A stretch of 64,000 nucleotides of DNA from a virus (lineage: Duplodnaviria > Caudoviricetes): IMG/VR virus record IMGVR_UViG_3300028591_000076, positions 160,001-224,000 of that record, one strand, 5' to 3'. The position numbers were made by a program, and so were the translations under genes. Below are positions 46,580 to 57,708 of this stretch, piece after piece (the stretch's first letter is position 1; every line of letters starts with the position of its first letter). Below the pieces are notes generated by a model, which was not told the DNA's origin, made no database searches, and worked only from the letters and a program-made list of their open reading frames with translations.

Positions 46580-48745
46580 TTAGTCATTCGAAGACTTATT
46601 ATCATCTATAGCATGTCCACTAATAGCCTCATATAAGTCAGCATATACAAACGGGAATGACATTTCTACTATATCTGAGTCTTTAGAAAGCTCTAAGTCA
46701 CTTGCACCTAAAAATTTAACATTAGTAAATACAAATTCTCTATAATATGGGTCTTTTCCATTAGGCGAATATACTTTAGGTCCATTTGGTCCAAATGGCT
46801 GTGAGCCTCCATCAAGTTCTTCTGTAGGTACCATGCTATTAACCATATCATACCTAATATGAATATCAAGTCTCATAGAACTATTAGACGCTGCTTCGCC
46901 ACGCTTATTATCAAATATATTATATTGAGGCATAATATTATTTATACGTAATACTTCGCCTGAGTTATCGAATATATTTATTTTCTTATCCATTCTATAT
47001 TCTACACCCGCTTGTGATAATATGCCTTTATATATATCTAAGGTTTCATCAAGCCTTATAGTTAAAGAGCCCTCTCTTGAGAATATAATATTAGAATCAA
47101 TATATGCTACTTTTCTACCTAATACTGGTAATGAATTAGCTTTTAACTCTGGCAGTTTTACTTGTATTCCTGTACATCGTGCAGCGAATACGCTACTAAA
47201 GAACATATCTGGATTAAAATAATTCTTTACTGCATCATCTAGGTCTACTATTGCCTTACCGTTTGTTGGCATATAGCTAGTAGCTTCCTTTGTATAAAGT
47301 TTACCTTTTCCATCACCACTTGTAACTGTTTTACCACCAACAGTAAAATATACATTATACATATTTCCCATAAAATCTGGGAAACGCATATTTAATTTTC
47401 CAATTGGCGTATCACGGCTACTGAAGGCCATATTCTTATCATCTTTAACTTGCCATAAAGCGTGTTTCGAAGACCTAGGATTATTAGACCAAGTTCCATC
47501 TGCGCCTTCATCAATAAAGCCAATTCTATAATTTATATGGGATACTCTATCTGCGTCTACAAATGCATTAAGCATTGTAACTTCATTACCTAGAGCTAAC
47601 ATTTGTCGTCTATAAAATGGACTTCTTATGGCATCAGCTGCAAATGATGATCTCATTAAAGCATATGTACGCCTTTGTGGTCCCATTTCTGGGTGTGAAT
47701 CGTCTTTTAATGTCTTAATATTTCCTTCATTCTTTATAAAACGTCCAGAGTCTATAATAAGGTCCTTTTTTTCTGGTGTACCATATCTAAGAGCATCTAT
47801 ATCATTTAATACCGACTGTGGTAAATTACCATGATTTTGCCAACCCTCCCCAAGGTCCCATCCACCTATTGACATTAAGTCACCTACACCCATATTTTCT
47901 AGGTACCTTTCTGTATCAACGCCTGGACCAGCTAAAAAGTTTCTTGAAGTAACTTTTTGTTCTTCGCTATCAGAAACGCCTGATAATCTAGCAATAAGTC
48001 TTTCTCTATATTTATTATCTGGTGATACTTGCATATTGCCTAAGCCATATGCAATAGAGCCTGTTGCTGCATTTCCAGTTCCAGCTATTTTCCAATAATT
48101 TCTAAGATGAGTCTTAAACTTTCTTTCTTTTTCAGCTACATCTACTGTACCGTCTTCTCTTTTAGGATTAAAAGTCGTATTGGCAAAAATACCGCTATTC
48201 GCGTCATTATTTCTCTGATTTATTGGGGGTAGCGTCAAATTATTATTATGATATAATATATGTTCTGTACCACCTACTTCTTTAGTAGAATAAATACTAG
48301 TAATATCATTAGACCCAATTTTTATTTCTTTAGAATTAAGTTTATTTTCAGTAAAAGTATTTATTTTGTAAAAAAGATTTCTTTTTGGTGTATTTAAAAC
48401 TGACGCATTTATTGCCATAGTATGAATACTTTTACCTTCACTATTTATACTATAGTCATCATTAAACTCTAATGGTGTAGGTGACTCTTCTAAATGTTCC
48501 TTTAATAAGCCAAATAATTCTGAAGTATCTATAACTTGTCCAAAGCTATGGTTTAATTGATTTGTTTTAACGTCTGTAATAAAATTATTTTTAGCATTTA
48601 TATACTTTGCAGCTTTATCAGTAATCCTATCATTACCACGAGCTTCAGTCACATCACCTAATAGGGAATCTGTATGCTGAGTAGATATATATTGAGGAAG
48701 TTGTATTCTTTTTTCTAAATTACTAAGGTAATCTTCAAATGTCAT
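46580..48745 (-). CDS. Tail-associated protein with a C-terminal tail-tube-fold domain
   Basis: PDFMGNMYNV..RCTGIQVKLP..LTIRLDE..FTNVKFLG; paralogous to the tube protein. Confidence 0.55.
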   Translation of the reverse strand: MTFEDYLSNLEKRIQLPQYISTQHTDSLLGDVTEARGNDRITDKAAKYINAKNNFITDVKTNQLNHSFGQVIDTSELFGLLKEHLEESPTPLEFNDDYSINSEGKSIHTMAINASVLNTPKRNLFYKINTFTENKLNSKEIKIGSNDITSIYSTKEVGGTEHILYHNNNLTLPPINQRNNDANSGIFANTTFNPKREDGTVDVAEKERKFKTHLRNYWKIAGTGNAATGSIAYGLGNMQVSPDNKYRERLIARLSGVSDSEEQKVTSRNFLAGPGVDTERYLENMGVGDLMSIGGWDLGEGWQNHGNLPQSVLNDIDALRYGTPEKKDLIIDSGRFIKNEGNIKTLKDDSHPEMGPQRRTYALMRSSFAADAIRSPFYRRQMLALGNEVTMLNAFVDADRVSHINYRIGFIDEGADGTWSNNPRSSKHALWQVKDDKNMAFSSRDTPIGKLNMRFPDFMGNMYNVYFTVGGKTVTSGDGKGKLYTKEATSYMPTNGKAIVDLDDAVKNYFNPDMFFSSVFAARCTGIQVKLPELKANSLPVLGRKVAYIDSNIIFSREGSLTIRLDETLDIYKGILSQAGVEYRMDKKINIFDNSGEVLRINNIMPQYNIFDNKRGEAASNSSMRLDIHIRYDMVNSMVPTEELDGGSQPFGPNGPKVYSPNGKDPYYREFVFTNVKFLGASDLELSKDSDIVEMSFPFVYADLYEAISGHAIDDNKSSND

Positions 48746-48761
48746 CTTATATTATTCCCTA

Positions 48762-51062
48762 TTAACTAAATTTAGCAGAATTTATATATCCATTATCTAA
48801 CATTGGGCTCTTGCTTATAGGCATTTTATTATTCTCATCCTTTCCTAATGTAGCCCAAGTTCCTGTATGACTAATAACTTTAGCTTTATCAGCGGTATTC
48901 TTAATAGATGGATTATCCATAGTCATAGTGCCAACATTTTTATATATAAATTTTTGAGTATACGTTGCTAACCCAGCTGATCCCGACTTAAAGCTAACTT
49001 GGCCACCGCCTAGAAACTTAACACCCTCAAATACAATATAACTAATCTTAGGCGTACGAGACTCATGCATAGTTCTTAATTTTATAGCTATACCAAAGCT
49101 GCCCGCACCATCTGATAAATTACCAGCATTTGCTTTATTTATTTGTAAGTTATTATAATGTCCATATTTAGAATTATATGAGCTAGGTATTTCACCATTT
49201 ACTTCCATCATTAGTGATAATCCAGATAACCTATTAAAAAGGCGCATATACTCTAAGCCAGAATCTTGTTCAATAGTAAAACTTGATGTAAAGTCATTTT
49301 CTAATAGAGGAATTGGTTTAGTTAATGTTTGATTTAATACTTTAATTTCAGTTGTTGAAGCTCTAATTTCCGGAATAGAAATACTTTGTACTCTAGTAAG
49401 AAAATCGTCTAGAGACTTTTTGCCGGTCTTATTACCACCAAATAGCTCCTTTTGGGATATAGGTATTTTATCCATATACTCATGGGGCTGCTTACTTTTT
49501 TTATTTGGATTACTAGCATTATAGGGTATATTTGGTCTAATATTAAAAGAAGCAAAAATTTCAGCATTATTTACATTTTCAAGTGAGTTTCGTTTATACG
49601 TAAAAATGCACATATCAAACATGTTTGCCATAAAGTCAGGACCAGAATCATAAATAGCTTGAATAGCATAGTTATTAGATACATGTCTTTCTAATGATTT
49701 ATCTATTCTATTCTTTAATGCTACGCCTCGGCCATAAGAGAACTTATTTTTTGCATTAAATTCTGAGCCACCAGGTATTACAGTAGGACTTACTGATATA
49801 TAATCTGTTGTTGCCCAACCATTAGCTGCATAGTTTCTATATCCGATAACTGTTCCAGCACGAAGCTTATTACCCCTAGTACTATATCCATTTTTAAAAT
49901 CAAATAAATAATCAGTTACTAAACCAATTGTAGACCTAGAGTTTAGGCCACCAGCTTCTAATTGAGAAGCAGTATTATTTGACCATTTATCAAATCCAGG
50001 AGAAACCTGACTTTCATCTCCAAATAAACTGCCAGCGGAAAATTCGCCATCTGCTGACTTATATAGGCTATATATTACCTCACTTATATTATGTGAGCCT
50101 TTATTAGATGAGAACCACCAGTTACCGCCCGAATTATCCCATATATTTTCTAAATTTTGAATTTTATCGCTAAGAACATCCGCGCCAGATAAGTTTCCTG
50201 GACCATTTAAAGCAGCTATATTCGCATTTAATACTCGCTTTAAATTTTGATCATCTTCAGGAATTTCTGCTGTATATGTCCTATTTAGTATTTTTTCTTC
50301 ATTTGCCCTTGACGCTTCACTTCTAGCATTATAGCCATTAGTTAATTTTTTATAGTCATCTTCAGATAAAGCCTCTTGTCCTAGAGATTTAGCAATATAC
50401 CATTTTTTTGAGTCGCTTGGATTAAAAGACGCGGTAAATAAATTAAAGTTTTCCGCATCAGCAATATCATTACCCGATATATATTCAGATTTTGATACAT
50501 ACATTATTGCTTTTACAACCGCATTTTTTAATTTTTCAGGTACTTTTGATATTGGATTATCAAAAGTATTTAGCCTATTTATTTCTGTATTTGTATCAGG
50601 CTTATTTTTAGAACTATTATATTCTGGTACAGGCGTATTTACGCTCTCATATAAATTAAAGTTTGCTTCCCATTCATCATAAGGCTGTAGTCTACTAAAG
50701 CCATTATTAGGTAATGGATCGCCCTGCATAGTTATTTCTTTAAGTGGACCACTCAAGTAAGATATAAGGTTAGATGATAATCTAAGTGGCACATATTCCA
50801 CATTTTGATTTCTATTAGACTCATTAATAGCATTAATACTATTTAATAAATTATTATAAGAATTATTATGAGCTATATCATTAGCTAAATTAAAGCTTGT
50901 ATTACTTTTATACGACGTAGCTTCTCTACCACTCATAGCTTTTTCTAGTGGCTTACCTAAAAAAGAGGAAACGTTATCTGATAAATTTACATTATTAGCT
51001 TGCTTTTGACTTTTATTTAATTCATTAATAGCTTTTAATGTTTCGCTATTATTATTTACCAT
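48762..51062 (-). CDS. Tail-associated protein with a C-terminal tail-tube-fold domain
   Basis: PDFMANMFDM..RVQSISIP..FTIEQD..FEGVKFLG. Confidence 0.55.
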   Translation of the reverse strand: MVNNNSETLKAINELNKSQKQANNVNLSDNVSSFLGKPLEKAMSGREATSYKSNTSFNLANDIAHNNSYNNLLNSINAINESNRNQNVEYVPLRLSSNLISYLSGPLKEITMQGDPLPNNGFSRLQPYDEWEANFNLYESVNTPVPEYNSSKNKPDTNTEINRLNTFDNPISKVPEKLKNAVVKAIMYVSKSEYISGNDIADAENFNLFTASFNPSDSKKWYIAKSLGQEALSEDDYKKLTNGYNARSEASRANEEKILNRTYTAEIPEDDQNLKRVLNANIAALNGPGNLSGADVLSDKIQNLENIWDNSGGNWWFSSNKGSHNISEVIYSLYKSADGEFSAGSLFGDESQVSPGFDKWSNNTASQLEAGGLNSRSTIGLVTDYLFDFKNGYSTRGNKLRAGTVIGYRNYAANGWATTDYISVSPTVIPGGSEFNAKNKFSYGRGVALKNRIDKSLERHVSNNYAIQAIYDSGPDFMANMFDMCIFTYKRNSLENVNNAEIFASFNIRPNIPYNASNPNKKSKQPHEYMDKIPISQKELFGGNKTGKKSLDDFLTRVQSISIPEIRASTTEIKVLNQTLTKPIPLLENDFTSSFTIEQDSGLEYMRLFNRLSGLSLMMEVNGEIPSSYNSKYGHYNNLQINKANAGNLSDGAGSFGIAIKLRTMHESRTPKISYIVFEGVKFLGGGQVSFKSGSAGLATYTQKFIYKNVGTMTMDNPSIKNTADKAKVISHTGTWATLGKDENNKMPISKSPMLDNGYINSAKFS

Positions 51063-51096
51063 AAGTAAATTAGTGAAAATATGCTATATAAAAATT

Positions 51097-51120
51097 TAGG
51101 TCCCTTTTAAGAGGGACCTA
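51097..51120 (-). terminator. Terminator after the tail tube gene
   Basis: TAGGTCCCTT-TT-AAGAGGGACCTA. Confidence 0.7.
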
Positions 51121-51145
51121 TTAAATAATGATATATTACAAACTA

Positions 51146-51766
51146 TTAGTTTGTAAGAGCACCACCAGCGCCAGTACCAGTAATACCAGTAGCGTTGTAG
51201 AATGGGTAGTCACAATCACCGAAGTTGAATGATACTGTATAAGTAAGAGCATTACCGCCCTCTGTCTTAAACTGAGGCTGCGAAACTTTGCTAACCCAAA
51301 CATCAAAGAATGTCCATTTTGGATTTGCATCACCCTTAATTGAGAAGTCGCCAGAATCATAGATATCATTTGGCGAAGTACCATTATATGCGCCAGAAAG
51401 TCCTTCAACTACCACTTTACCAAGAGCAGCTGCCCAGTTAGCAACGCCACCATTTACAGGATCTGCAGCCATCATATGCCAGTTAATAAACTCGCCATAA
51501 AGAGCATAAGCAGCATCAAGTGTAAATGTTAATTCAAAGCTTCTTGTCATAGTTTGCTTTGAATTTGGACGTTTCATAGAAACACCATGATAGCTAACAT
51601 CATAACCTTCATTTGATACATCTGGAACATTAAATCCGTCTATACGTGTAGTTATAACGCTGCCAGCATCAGCCCAAGGGAACTGAATTTTGACATCGTA
51701 CATATTATCCATAGCGTCAGCACCACGATTTACTAACGCTTGTATTGCTTTAGCATTTGCACTCAT
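51146..51766 (-). CDS. Tail tube protein (T4 gp19-like)
   Basis: 206 aa; NMYDVKI, FNVPD, YHG, FELTF..D..Y..F..W, WTFFDVWVS, YTVSFNF; highly biased codon usage; ACTAATT upstream. Confidence 0.75.
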   Translation of the reverse strand: MSANAKAIQALVNRGADAMDNMYDVKIQFPWADAGSVITTRIDGFNVPDVSNEGYDVSYHGVSMKRPNSKQTMTRSFELTFTLDAAYALYGEFINWHMMAADPVNGGVANWAAALGKVVVEGLSGAYNGTSPNDIYDSGDFSIKGDANPKWTFFDVWVSKVSQPQFKTEGGNALTYTVSFNFGDCDYPFYNATGITGTGAGGALTN

Positions 51767-51903
51767 CTAGTATTCTCCTAAAAATAACCTTAAACTTTTT
51801 AATTCAATAAGAATCAATTCTAAGTTAATTTATTAAATAATTAGTAAATTAATATTTCTATACACTTAAAATAATTAGTAGTATATTATAGTTGGAGATT
51901 TAA

Positions 51904-53772
51904 ATGGAAGTTTTTATAAATCCTGGCGAAGAAGAAAAAGTAGCATCTCTAGGTTATAAAGATAAAATTAAATTTATTTGTCAAAATTGTAATAAAGAAG
52001 TTATTATTTCTAATAAGTATAATTTTAGAAACCTTCTTTGCAAAAAGTGTAATACAATAAAAACTTCACAAGAAAAATATGGCACAAATAATCCAGCCCA
52101 ATCAAATGAGTCGATAGAAAAACAAAAATTAACAAAAGCTAGTAAGACTGATGAAGAAAGAAAGAATATAGATAATAAGAAAAAGCAGTCTATGCTAATG
52201 AAATATGGTGTAGATAATCCCGCAAAATCAAAAAAAATATATGATAAAATTAGAAAAACTACTACTGAAAAATATGGTGGAATTGGTTTTGCATCTACTG
52301 AATTAAAAGCTAAAGCTGACGAAACATGTATTAGGAATCATGGCTCTAACATTCATGAATATAGCCAAGAACTAGCACATAAAACGCTATTAGAGAAAAA
52401 TAATGGTATTGAACAACTTCGTTTACCTGAAACTCGTAATGCATTAAGAGATTATCAAAATAATCATATGCAGGATATTTTAGATAAAATGTCTAAAACA
52501 TCCCAAGAAAGATATAATTCAGAATGGGCAATAAGTAGTAATACTGTTAGACAAAAATCGCTTGAAACATTATTTAAAAATTATGGTGTAGAAAATAGTA
52601 TGTTTTCACACATAGTTAAAGAGCGTGTACGACAAACAAATATAATTCGGTATGGACAGCCTCAGCCTCCTAGTCGTAAATATTTATTTATGAATGACTC
52701 TTTTGACTCTAGCTGGGAAGTATATTTTTATTTATATCATCTTTTTATTTCAAAGTCAAATATTATACCACATCCTATAGATAAGCATATTAATTTTACT
52801 TATAATAATAAAATACATACATATTGTCCTGATTTTTTGGTAGATGATAAAATATATGAAATAAAAGGCCCACAATTTTTTAAGAATGATGGAACAATGT
52901 GTAATCCTTTTGACCATAGTTTAGATGGTCTTTTTGAGGCAAAACATCAATGTATGCTTCAGAATAATGTAAATATTATTACAGATATAAGTATATATAA
53001 AGACAGCGTTGATAGAATATTAACTAAGGATTTTGTACAATTATTTAGAACTGATATACCTTTTCCATATCCTAATAGTGACTTAAGTGATACCACTGAT
53101 TATGGAGTCATACGGCATTTTCATAAATCTATTTTTGAAGCGTCTAAGAGAGACCAACTTAGTCCATTAGAAGCTTGGAATCAAAAAAAAGACTTTGAAC
53201 GAGTTGCGCTTAATAGACTACAATATGTTGGTCATTGTACACCAAATGATATTCTTCGCGGCTATTCTGTTTTAAGAATAAATGATAAAATATCAATTTT
53301 TAGACCAAAACTTGCAGAAAATTTAATAAATAAATATCTTAATACTTATAGTGAGATTTTTGATCCTTTTTCGGGTTTTTCTGGTAGACTCATAGGCGCT
53401 ATGAATGCTAATAAGTCTTATGTAGGCCAAGATATACATCCAGTACATGTTATGGAATCAAATGAAATTATTAAGTATAGAGGATATAAAAATTGTATTG
53501 TAAAATGTCAAGATATTTTAACTGATAATACTCGTAGCTATGAGTGTTTATTTACATGTCCACCTTATGGTGGAAAAGAACACTGGAATAAAGATAAAAA
53601 TGAAATTGAGAAGTCCTGTGATGAATGGATAGATTTATGTCTTGAAAAATACAAATGTAAGAAATACCTTTTTGTAGTTGATGAAACCAAAAAGTATAAA
53701 GATTATATTATTGAAACAATCGTAAATAAATCCCATTTCACTAAGAATAATGAATATATTATTTTAATTTAA
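51904..53772 (+). CDS. Zn-finger/KYG-repeat PD-(D/E)XK homing-endonuclease-like protein fused to an amino-DNA-methyltransferase domain
   Basis: FDSSWE..YCPDF..YEIKG; FDPFSGFSGR; LFTCPPYGGKEHW; paralog of 10622-12460. Confidence 0.75.
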   Translation: MEVFINPGEEEKVASLGYKDKIKFICQNCNKEVIISNKYNFRNLLCKKCNTIKTSQEKYGTNNPAQSNESIEKQKLTKASKTDEERKNIDNKKKQSMLMKYGVDNPAKSKKIYDKIRKTTTEKYGGIGFASTELKAKADETCIRNHGSNIHEYSQELAHKTLLEKNNGIEQLRLPETRNALRDYQNNHMQDILDKMSKTSQERYNSEWAISSNTVRQKSLETLFKNYGVENSMFSHIVKERVRQTNIIRYGQPQPPSRKYLFMNDSFDSSWEVYFYLYHLFISKSNIIPHPIDKHINFTYNNKIHTYCPDFLVDDKIYEIKGPQFFKNDGTMCNPFDHSLDGLFEAKHQCMLQNNVNIITDISIYKDSVDRILTKDFVQLFRTDIPFPYPNSDLSDTTDYGVIRHFHKSIFEASKRDQLSPLEAWNQKKDFERVALNRLQYVGHCTPNDILRGYSVLRINDKISIFRPKLAENLINKYLNTYSEIFDPFSGFSGRLIGAMNANKSYVGQDIHPVHVMESNEIIKYRGYKNCIVKCQDILTDNTRSYECLFTCPPYGGKEHWNKDKNEIEKSCDEWIDLCLEKYKCKKYLFVVDETKKYKDYIIETIVNKSHFTKNNEYIILI

Positions 53773-53811
53773 AAGCTTATTTGTTAATTTTTTAAAATAA
53801 AAGGAGAAAAC

Positions 53812-54414
53812 ATGTCCTATACACATAAATCATGGCAAGAAATATTTGCACAAGAAATTAGCCGTATAAATGCAACGGATGTTAAAATATTATTAGATAA
53901 CGTCTTTGATAAAATTGATCCATATCATAAAGAAGCGCCAGCTTCTTCTACAGGAAAGTACCATCCAGAATGTTCTAATGGTAATGGTGGCCTTATAAGG
54001 CATACTAAATATGTTACAGCTTTAGCTTTAGAATTAATTCGCGCTACGCCAGAAGTAGAAAATGAAAGTGATGAAATTGTTGCAGCAACAATTCTTCATG
54101 ATATGTTAAAATATCCAAATGCTTCATCAAATGATACAGGACTTAAACAATATACTGTAGCGAATCACCCAACTCTAATGGCAGATTTAATTAGAACGCT
54201 ATTTCCATCTTCTGAAAAAGCAAAAACAATTGCTCGTTTAATAGAATGCCATCAAGGCAGAAAAGAATGGAATACAGATAGAACAACGGGCGAGCTAATC
54301 AATAGACCACCAGAAAAGCAAGATGAGTATCTCGTACATTATGCAGACCTGCTCGCATCTAGAAAGTGGCTCTGTCCAGAATTTGATGTAGATGGTAATA
54401 TTGTAGTATCCTAA
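53812..54414 (+). CDS. HD-domain phosphohydrolase
   Basis: PASSTGKYH..GGLIRHT, ILHDMLK, CHQG, VHYADLLAS. Confidence 0.85.
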   Translation: MSYTHKSWQEIFAQEISRINATDVKILLDNVFDKIDPYHKEAPASSTGKYHPECSNGNGGLIRHTKYVTALALELIRATPEVENESDEIVAATILHDMLKYPNASSNDTGLKQYTVANHPTLMADLIRTLFPSSEKAKTIARLIECHQGRKEWNTDRTTGELINRPPEKQDEYLVHYADLLASRKWLCPEFDVDGNIVVS

Positions 54415-54415
54415 T

Positions 54416-54739
54416 ATGAAATATATTGATGGTTATTGTATTATATACTATGAAAATGAACGTAATGTAATTGCAATACAGGATAAACGCTCTAAAGCTT
54501 TTTATACAGTACCTAATTTTAAGCATCTTAAAATTGCTACGGTATATAATGATAGCTTAGAGCTTTCTGGAATAAATATATCTGGCGACATAGGTAATAT
54601 GGATAAAACAAAAATAATTGCATATGCTAGAATAAATGACCTCCAAGCTACGCATATTATGAGTCAGGAGCTAGCACAAATTAATATTATTTTTGATATA
54701 GGTTTTACTGACTTTGAAATAAAAAATTATTTTGAATAA
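54416..54739 (+). CDS. Hypothetical protein
   Basis: ORF in an operon. Confidence 0.55.
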   Translation: MKYIDGYCIIYYENERNVIAIQDKRSKAFYTVPNFKHLKIATVYNDSLELSGINISGDIGNMDKTKIIAYARINDLQATHIMSQELAQINIIFDIGFTDFEIKNYFE

Positions 54740-54755
54740 AGGATAATATATAAAT

Positions 54756-55091
54756 ATGAATAGAAAACAACAAATAAAACTTAAGCATTTTAAAGAAAAA
54801 ATGGAAACAGGCTTTAAGCTAATAGGTAGATGTAAATGTGGAAATGCATTATTTATTTCTACTATCTGCAAAAAAGAGCATATTTTTAATGCTTATTGCA
54901 CTGTTTGTGGGTCTGTTTCTGATGTAAGATTTCCAAAAATAGGTGATGAGTTTAATGTAAATACAGAACTTGATAATCCAATTAAACTTTTAGTAAAACT
55001 TAATAATGATGCTGGAAGAAAAATTACGGATGAAATGATTGAAAATACGCCGATAAGTCCTTATGTAAATAAGGGCCAAGGAGCATTATAA
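54756..55091 (+). CDS. Zinc-ribbon protein
   Basis: CKCG...CTVCG. Confidence 0.6.
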   Translation: MNRKQQIKLKHFKEKMETGFKLIGRCKCGNALFISTICKKEHIFNAYCTVCGSVSDVRFPKIGDEFNVNTELDNPIKLLVKLNNDAGRKITDEMIENTPISPYVNKGQGAL

Positions 55092-55966
55092 TGTCTAAAT
55101 GGAGTGCGAGTAGACTTAAAACTTATCATGCTTGTTTACTTAAGTATTATTATTCATATGTAAATCCATATGATCCTAATATGCCAGCTAATGCAGAAAT
55201 GGCATCAAAAGGTCTTGCATTTCATGAAACTGCGGAACAGATGGTAACTGGTAAAACAGACCAAGAAATGCAAGCTATACTTGATAGTAAAATTGAAGAA
55301 TATAAGGTAGATAGAACATTATACCCTGAAGATGAAGCTCTTAGGCGTTTTATGCTCTTTTGGAAAGAATTTATTGAACCTAAAGAAAAAGAAGGCTATA
55401 AAGTAGAAAAAGAGGGCTGGGCAAATGGTATAATTGAGGGGAAACCATTCTGTGGTGCGCTAGACTTAGCTCTTTATAAATATAAACCAGATGGTTCTTT
55501 AGAACATATTTTTATATATGATTACAAAACTGCAAAAACGGCTGCAGCAGCTTCTTATAAAGACCAGCTAGTTTTATATGCATATTTAATTGGCTTAACA
55601 CAAAATTGGACTTTTCAGCAGATTAAAGATAATATAGAACTTTTTGTATTCTTTCCCTTTTCTACTCAAAATAAGAATAATGACTATGATAATATGTTAT
55701 CATCTGTTAAAAGAGTTAATTATACTGCTGAAGATGTAGAAAAAATAATTTCTAGTGATATCTCTACAATTAGAGAGTCTGAATCTATTCAGTGGGATAA
55801 AGTTAATATTGATTCATTAGGACAAACTAACTTTACTTGTAAATTTTGTCAGTTTTTAGGAACAGTACCCGATGAGTCTACAGGATTTAGGGGTTGTAAA
55901 TGTTCTTATGATGCGGGATATAGACAAGTTAGGGGACTTAAGTTTAATTTAAGAGAACAAAAATGA
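55091..55966 (+). CDS. Cas4/RecB-like PD-(D/E)XK exonuclease
   Basis: SASRLKTY..C, G.AFH, GALDL, YDYKT, QL.LY, CKFC..C. Confidence 0.85.
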   Translation: MSKWSASRLKTYHACLLKYYYSYVNPYDPNMPANAEMASKGLAFHETAEQMVTGKTDQEMQAILDSKIEEYKVDRTLYPEDEALRRFMLFWKEFIEPKEKEGYKVEKEGWANGIIEGKPFCGALDLALYKYKPDGSLEHIFIYDYKTAKTAAAASYKDQLVLYAYLIGLTQNWTFQQIKDNIELFVFFPFSTQNKNNDYDNMLSSVKRVNYTAEDVEKIISSDISTIRESESIQWDKVNIDSLGQTNFTCKFCQFLGTVPDESTGFRGCKCSYDAGYRQVRGLKFNLREQK

Positions 55967-56601
55967 TACTTGATAAAGAATGGCTTCTTAAAGAATATAA
56001 TGGACCAAGTATAAATAAGTTTAACTATATAGACCAAATAAGTTTATATGCTGTAGACCAAATTTTAATAAATGGTCATTATTTATATGGTAAAAATGAA
56101 GAGTTTCGAAAAGCGTATCTAGACGCTTTTAATTCTGAGCTTATTTTGCCAGAAAAAGACTTAGTTGATTTTATTTATAAAAATAATTTTAATATACTCT
56201 ACTTTGGCTTACTAAGCGCGCCTTATCTTATATCTCAAGGAACTTCACCAGCTTTTTATTTGGAGCATTGTTCTGCTGACCGTAGTAGTTTATTGTCACA
56301 ATTTATAAGTGCTGAAACAATGAAAAATCATAGGCCTATTAGTCCAAGACCAGGAATGCCTGGATATTATTATAAGGAATCTCGCACTAAAACATTTAAG
56401 TCATTTAATCCTAATGGTACATATGAAATTGTAAGTATATGTCCTATTAAGAATATACTAGAAATTACAATTGACTATTGTAAAAAGCTAAATGAAGATG
56501 CAAAATTATATGTAACTAATAATCCTGCAGATAATAATATAAAAGCATTTTTAGAAATTTTAAGAGATGAATCTTGGAGTCCTTTATTATATGGAAAATA
56601 A
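55963..56601 (+). CDS. Hypothetical protein
   Basis: ORF coupled to its neighbours. Confidence 0.6.
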   Translation: MILDKEWLLKEYNGPSINKFNYIDQISLYAVDQILINGHYLYGKNEEFRKAYLDAFNSELILPEKDLVDFIYKNNFNILYFGLLSAPYLISQGTSPAFYLEHCSADRSSLLSQFISAETMKNHRPISPRPGMPGYYYKESRTKTFKSFNPNGTYEIVSICPIKNILEITIDYCKKLNEDAKLYVTNNPADNNIKAFLEILRDESWSPLLYGK

Positions 56602-57019
56602 TGAAATAGTACCAAATGTTCAAGAACAAATAGAAGAGTCTTTTTCGCAATTTTTATTTTTACTATTTATACCAAATTCGTATACTGGATATGTGGAAGT
56701 TTATATAGATGAAGGTGAACATAGTGCAGCTTTTTCTATAAAAGAGTTTTTAGCAAAAATAGAAAAAATATGTGGTAGAGATGAAATGAATAGAATATCT
56801 ATGGCCTGTAATAATTTAGGTATCCCTTTTTTCTATGATAGAGAAAAAAAGACCTTAAGAGAATTAAAGGAAAAGCCAAAAGAAGATAGAATGAGCGTAA
56901 GTACTATAAAAAACTTATCTGGCTTTGGCCGACCAATACAGCAAGCTTATAGTACAGATGCTATATTTAATAGCGTAAAGGGCCAATATTCTAAGCTAAT
57001 TAATGAACTTACTAAATAG
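56567..57019 (+). CDS. Hypothetical protein (true start probably MENNE)
   Basis: ORF in an operon. Confidence 0.55.
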   Translation: MNLGVLYYMENNEIVPNVQEQIEESFSQFLFLLFIPNSYTGYVEVYIDEGEHSAAFSIKEFLAKIEKICGRDEMNRISMACNNLGIPFFYDREKKTLRELKEKPKEDRMSVSTIKNLSGFGRPIQQAYSTDAIFNSVKGQYSKLINELTK

Positions 57020-57027
57020 GATATTTT

Positions 57028-57708
57028 ATGGAAGCAACAAGAGCAGTTAGACAAACAATTACAAAATCAAATGAATTATCAACTGAACAGCCTACAAGTC
57101 AAACTACAAGTCAGACAAATGAAATAAAGCAGGATGAGCCAAACCAAAATGTATGGGCTGCTTTTGCTGCTCAGTCAGATATAGAAGAAGCTACTTCAAA
57201 AGCTAATGAAGAACTTTTAGCTTTTGTAGATAAGCAAATTCAGCGTATGAACAATAAAGTTCAATTTAATAAAGGCGATATTAGTCTTTATGAGCTTGAT
57301 ATGGCATTAGCAACATATGAGCCTACACTTTTTGCGCTTATAGCCCTTTATGAGCAAGCTAAGGCAGACGCCGAAATATCAAAAGCAAAATATGATGAAT
57401 GGTATTATGATAAATATATGGAAATTAGAAATACCTATAATACCAAAGATGTAAAAAATGCACAATGGCTTTCTGCTAAAGAAATAGAAGCTACATTATT
57501 TAAGGTATATAGAAAAGATGCAGCACAATTAAAAGCGGATGTTATTAAAACGGAAGGTCAAAGGTCAACCATGGAAAGACTCTTAAAATCTTGGGAAAGC
57601 TATCAGTTTGTTTTAACAACTATGTCTAGAAATGTTACAGCGCAGATGGGCGGGTCTAATATTAGCGTTGACTTAAAAAGACCAGATGATAATGTTCAAG
57701 GATGGTAG
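57028..57708 (+). CDS. Helical protein, possibly a UvsY-like recombination mediator
   Basis: All-helical; WYYDKY..KEIE..LKSWESYQF..MSRN resembles the UvsY layout only weakly. Confidence 0.4.
   Translation: MEATRAVRQTITKSNELSTEQPTSQTTSQTNEIKQDEPNQNVWAAFAAQSDIEEATSKANEELLAFVDKQIQRMNNKVQFNKGDISLYELDMALATYEPTLFALIALYEQAKADAEISKAKYDEWYYDKYMEIRNTYNTKDVKNAQWLSAKEIEATLFKVYRKDAAQLKADVIKTEGQRSTMERLLKSWESYQFVLTTMSRNVTAQMGGSNISVDLKRPDDNVQGW

Noticed and set aside
55091-55966. CRISPR-Cas system suggested by the Cas4-like nuclease
   Set aside because: No repeat-spacer array or other cas genes; solo Cas4-like nucleases are common in phages.
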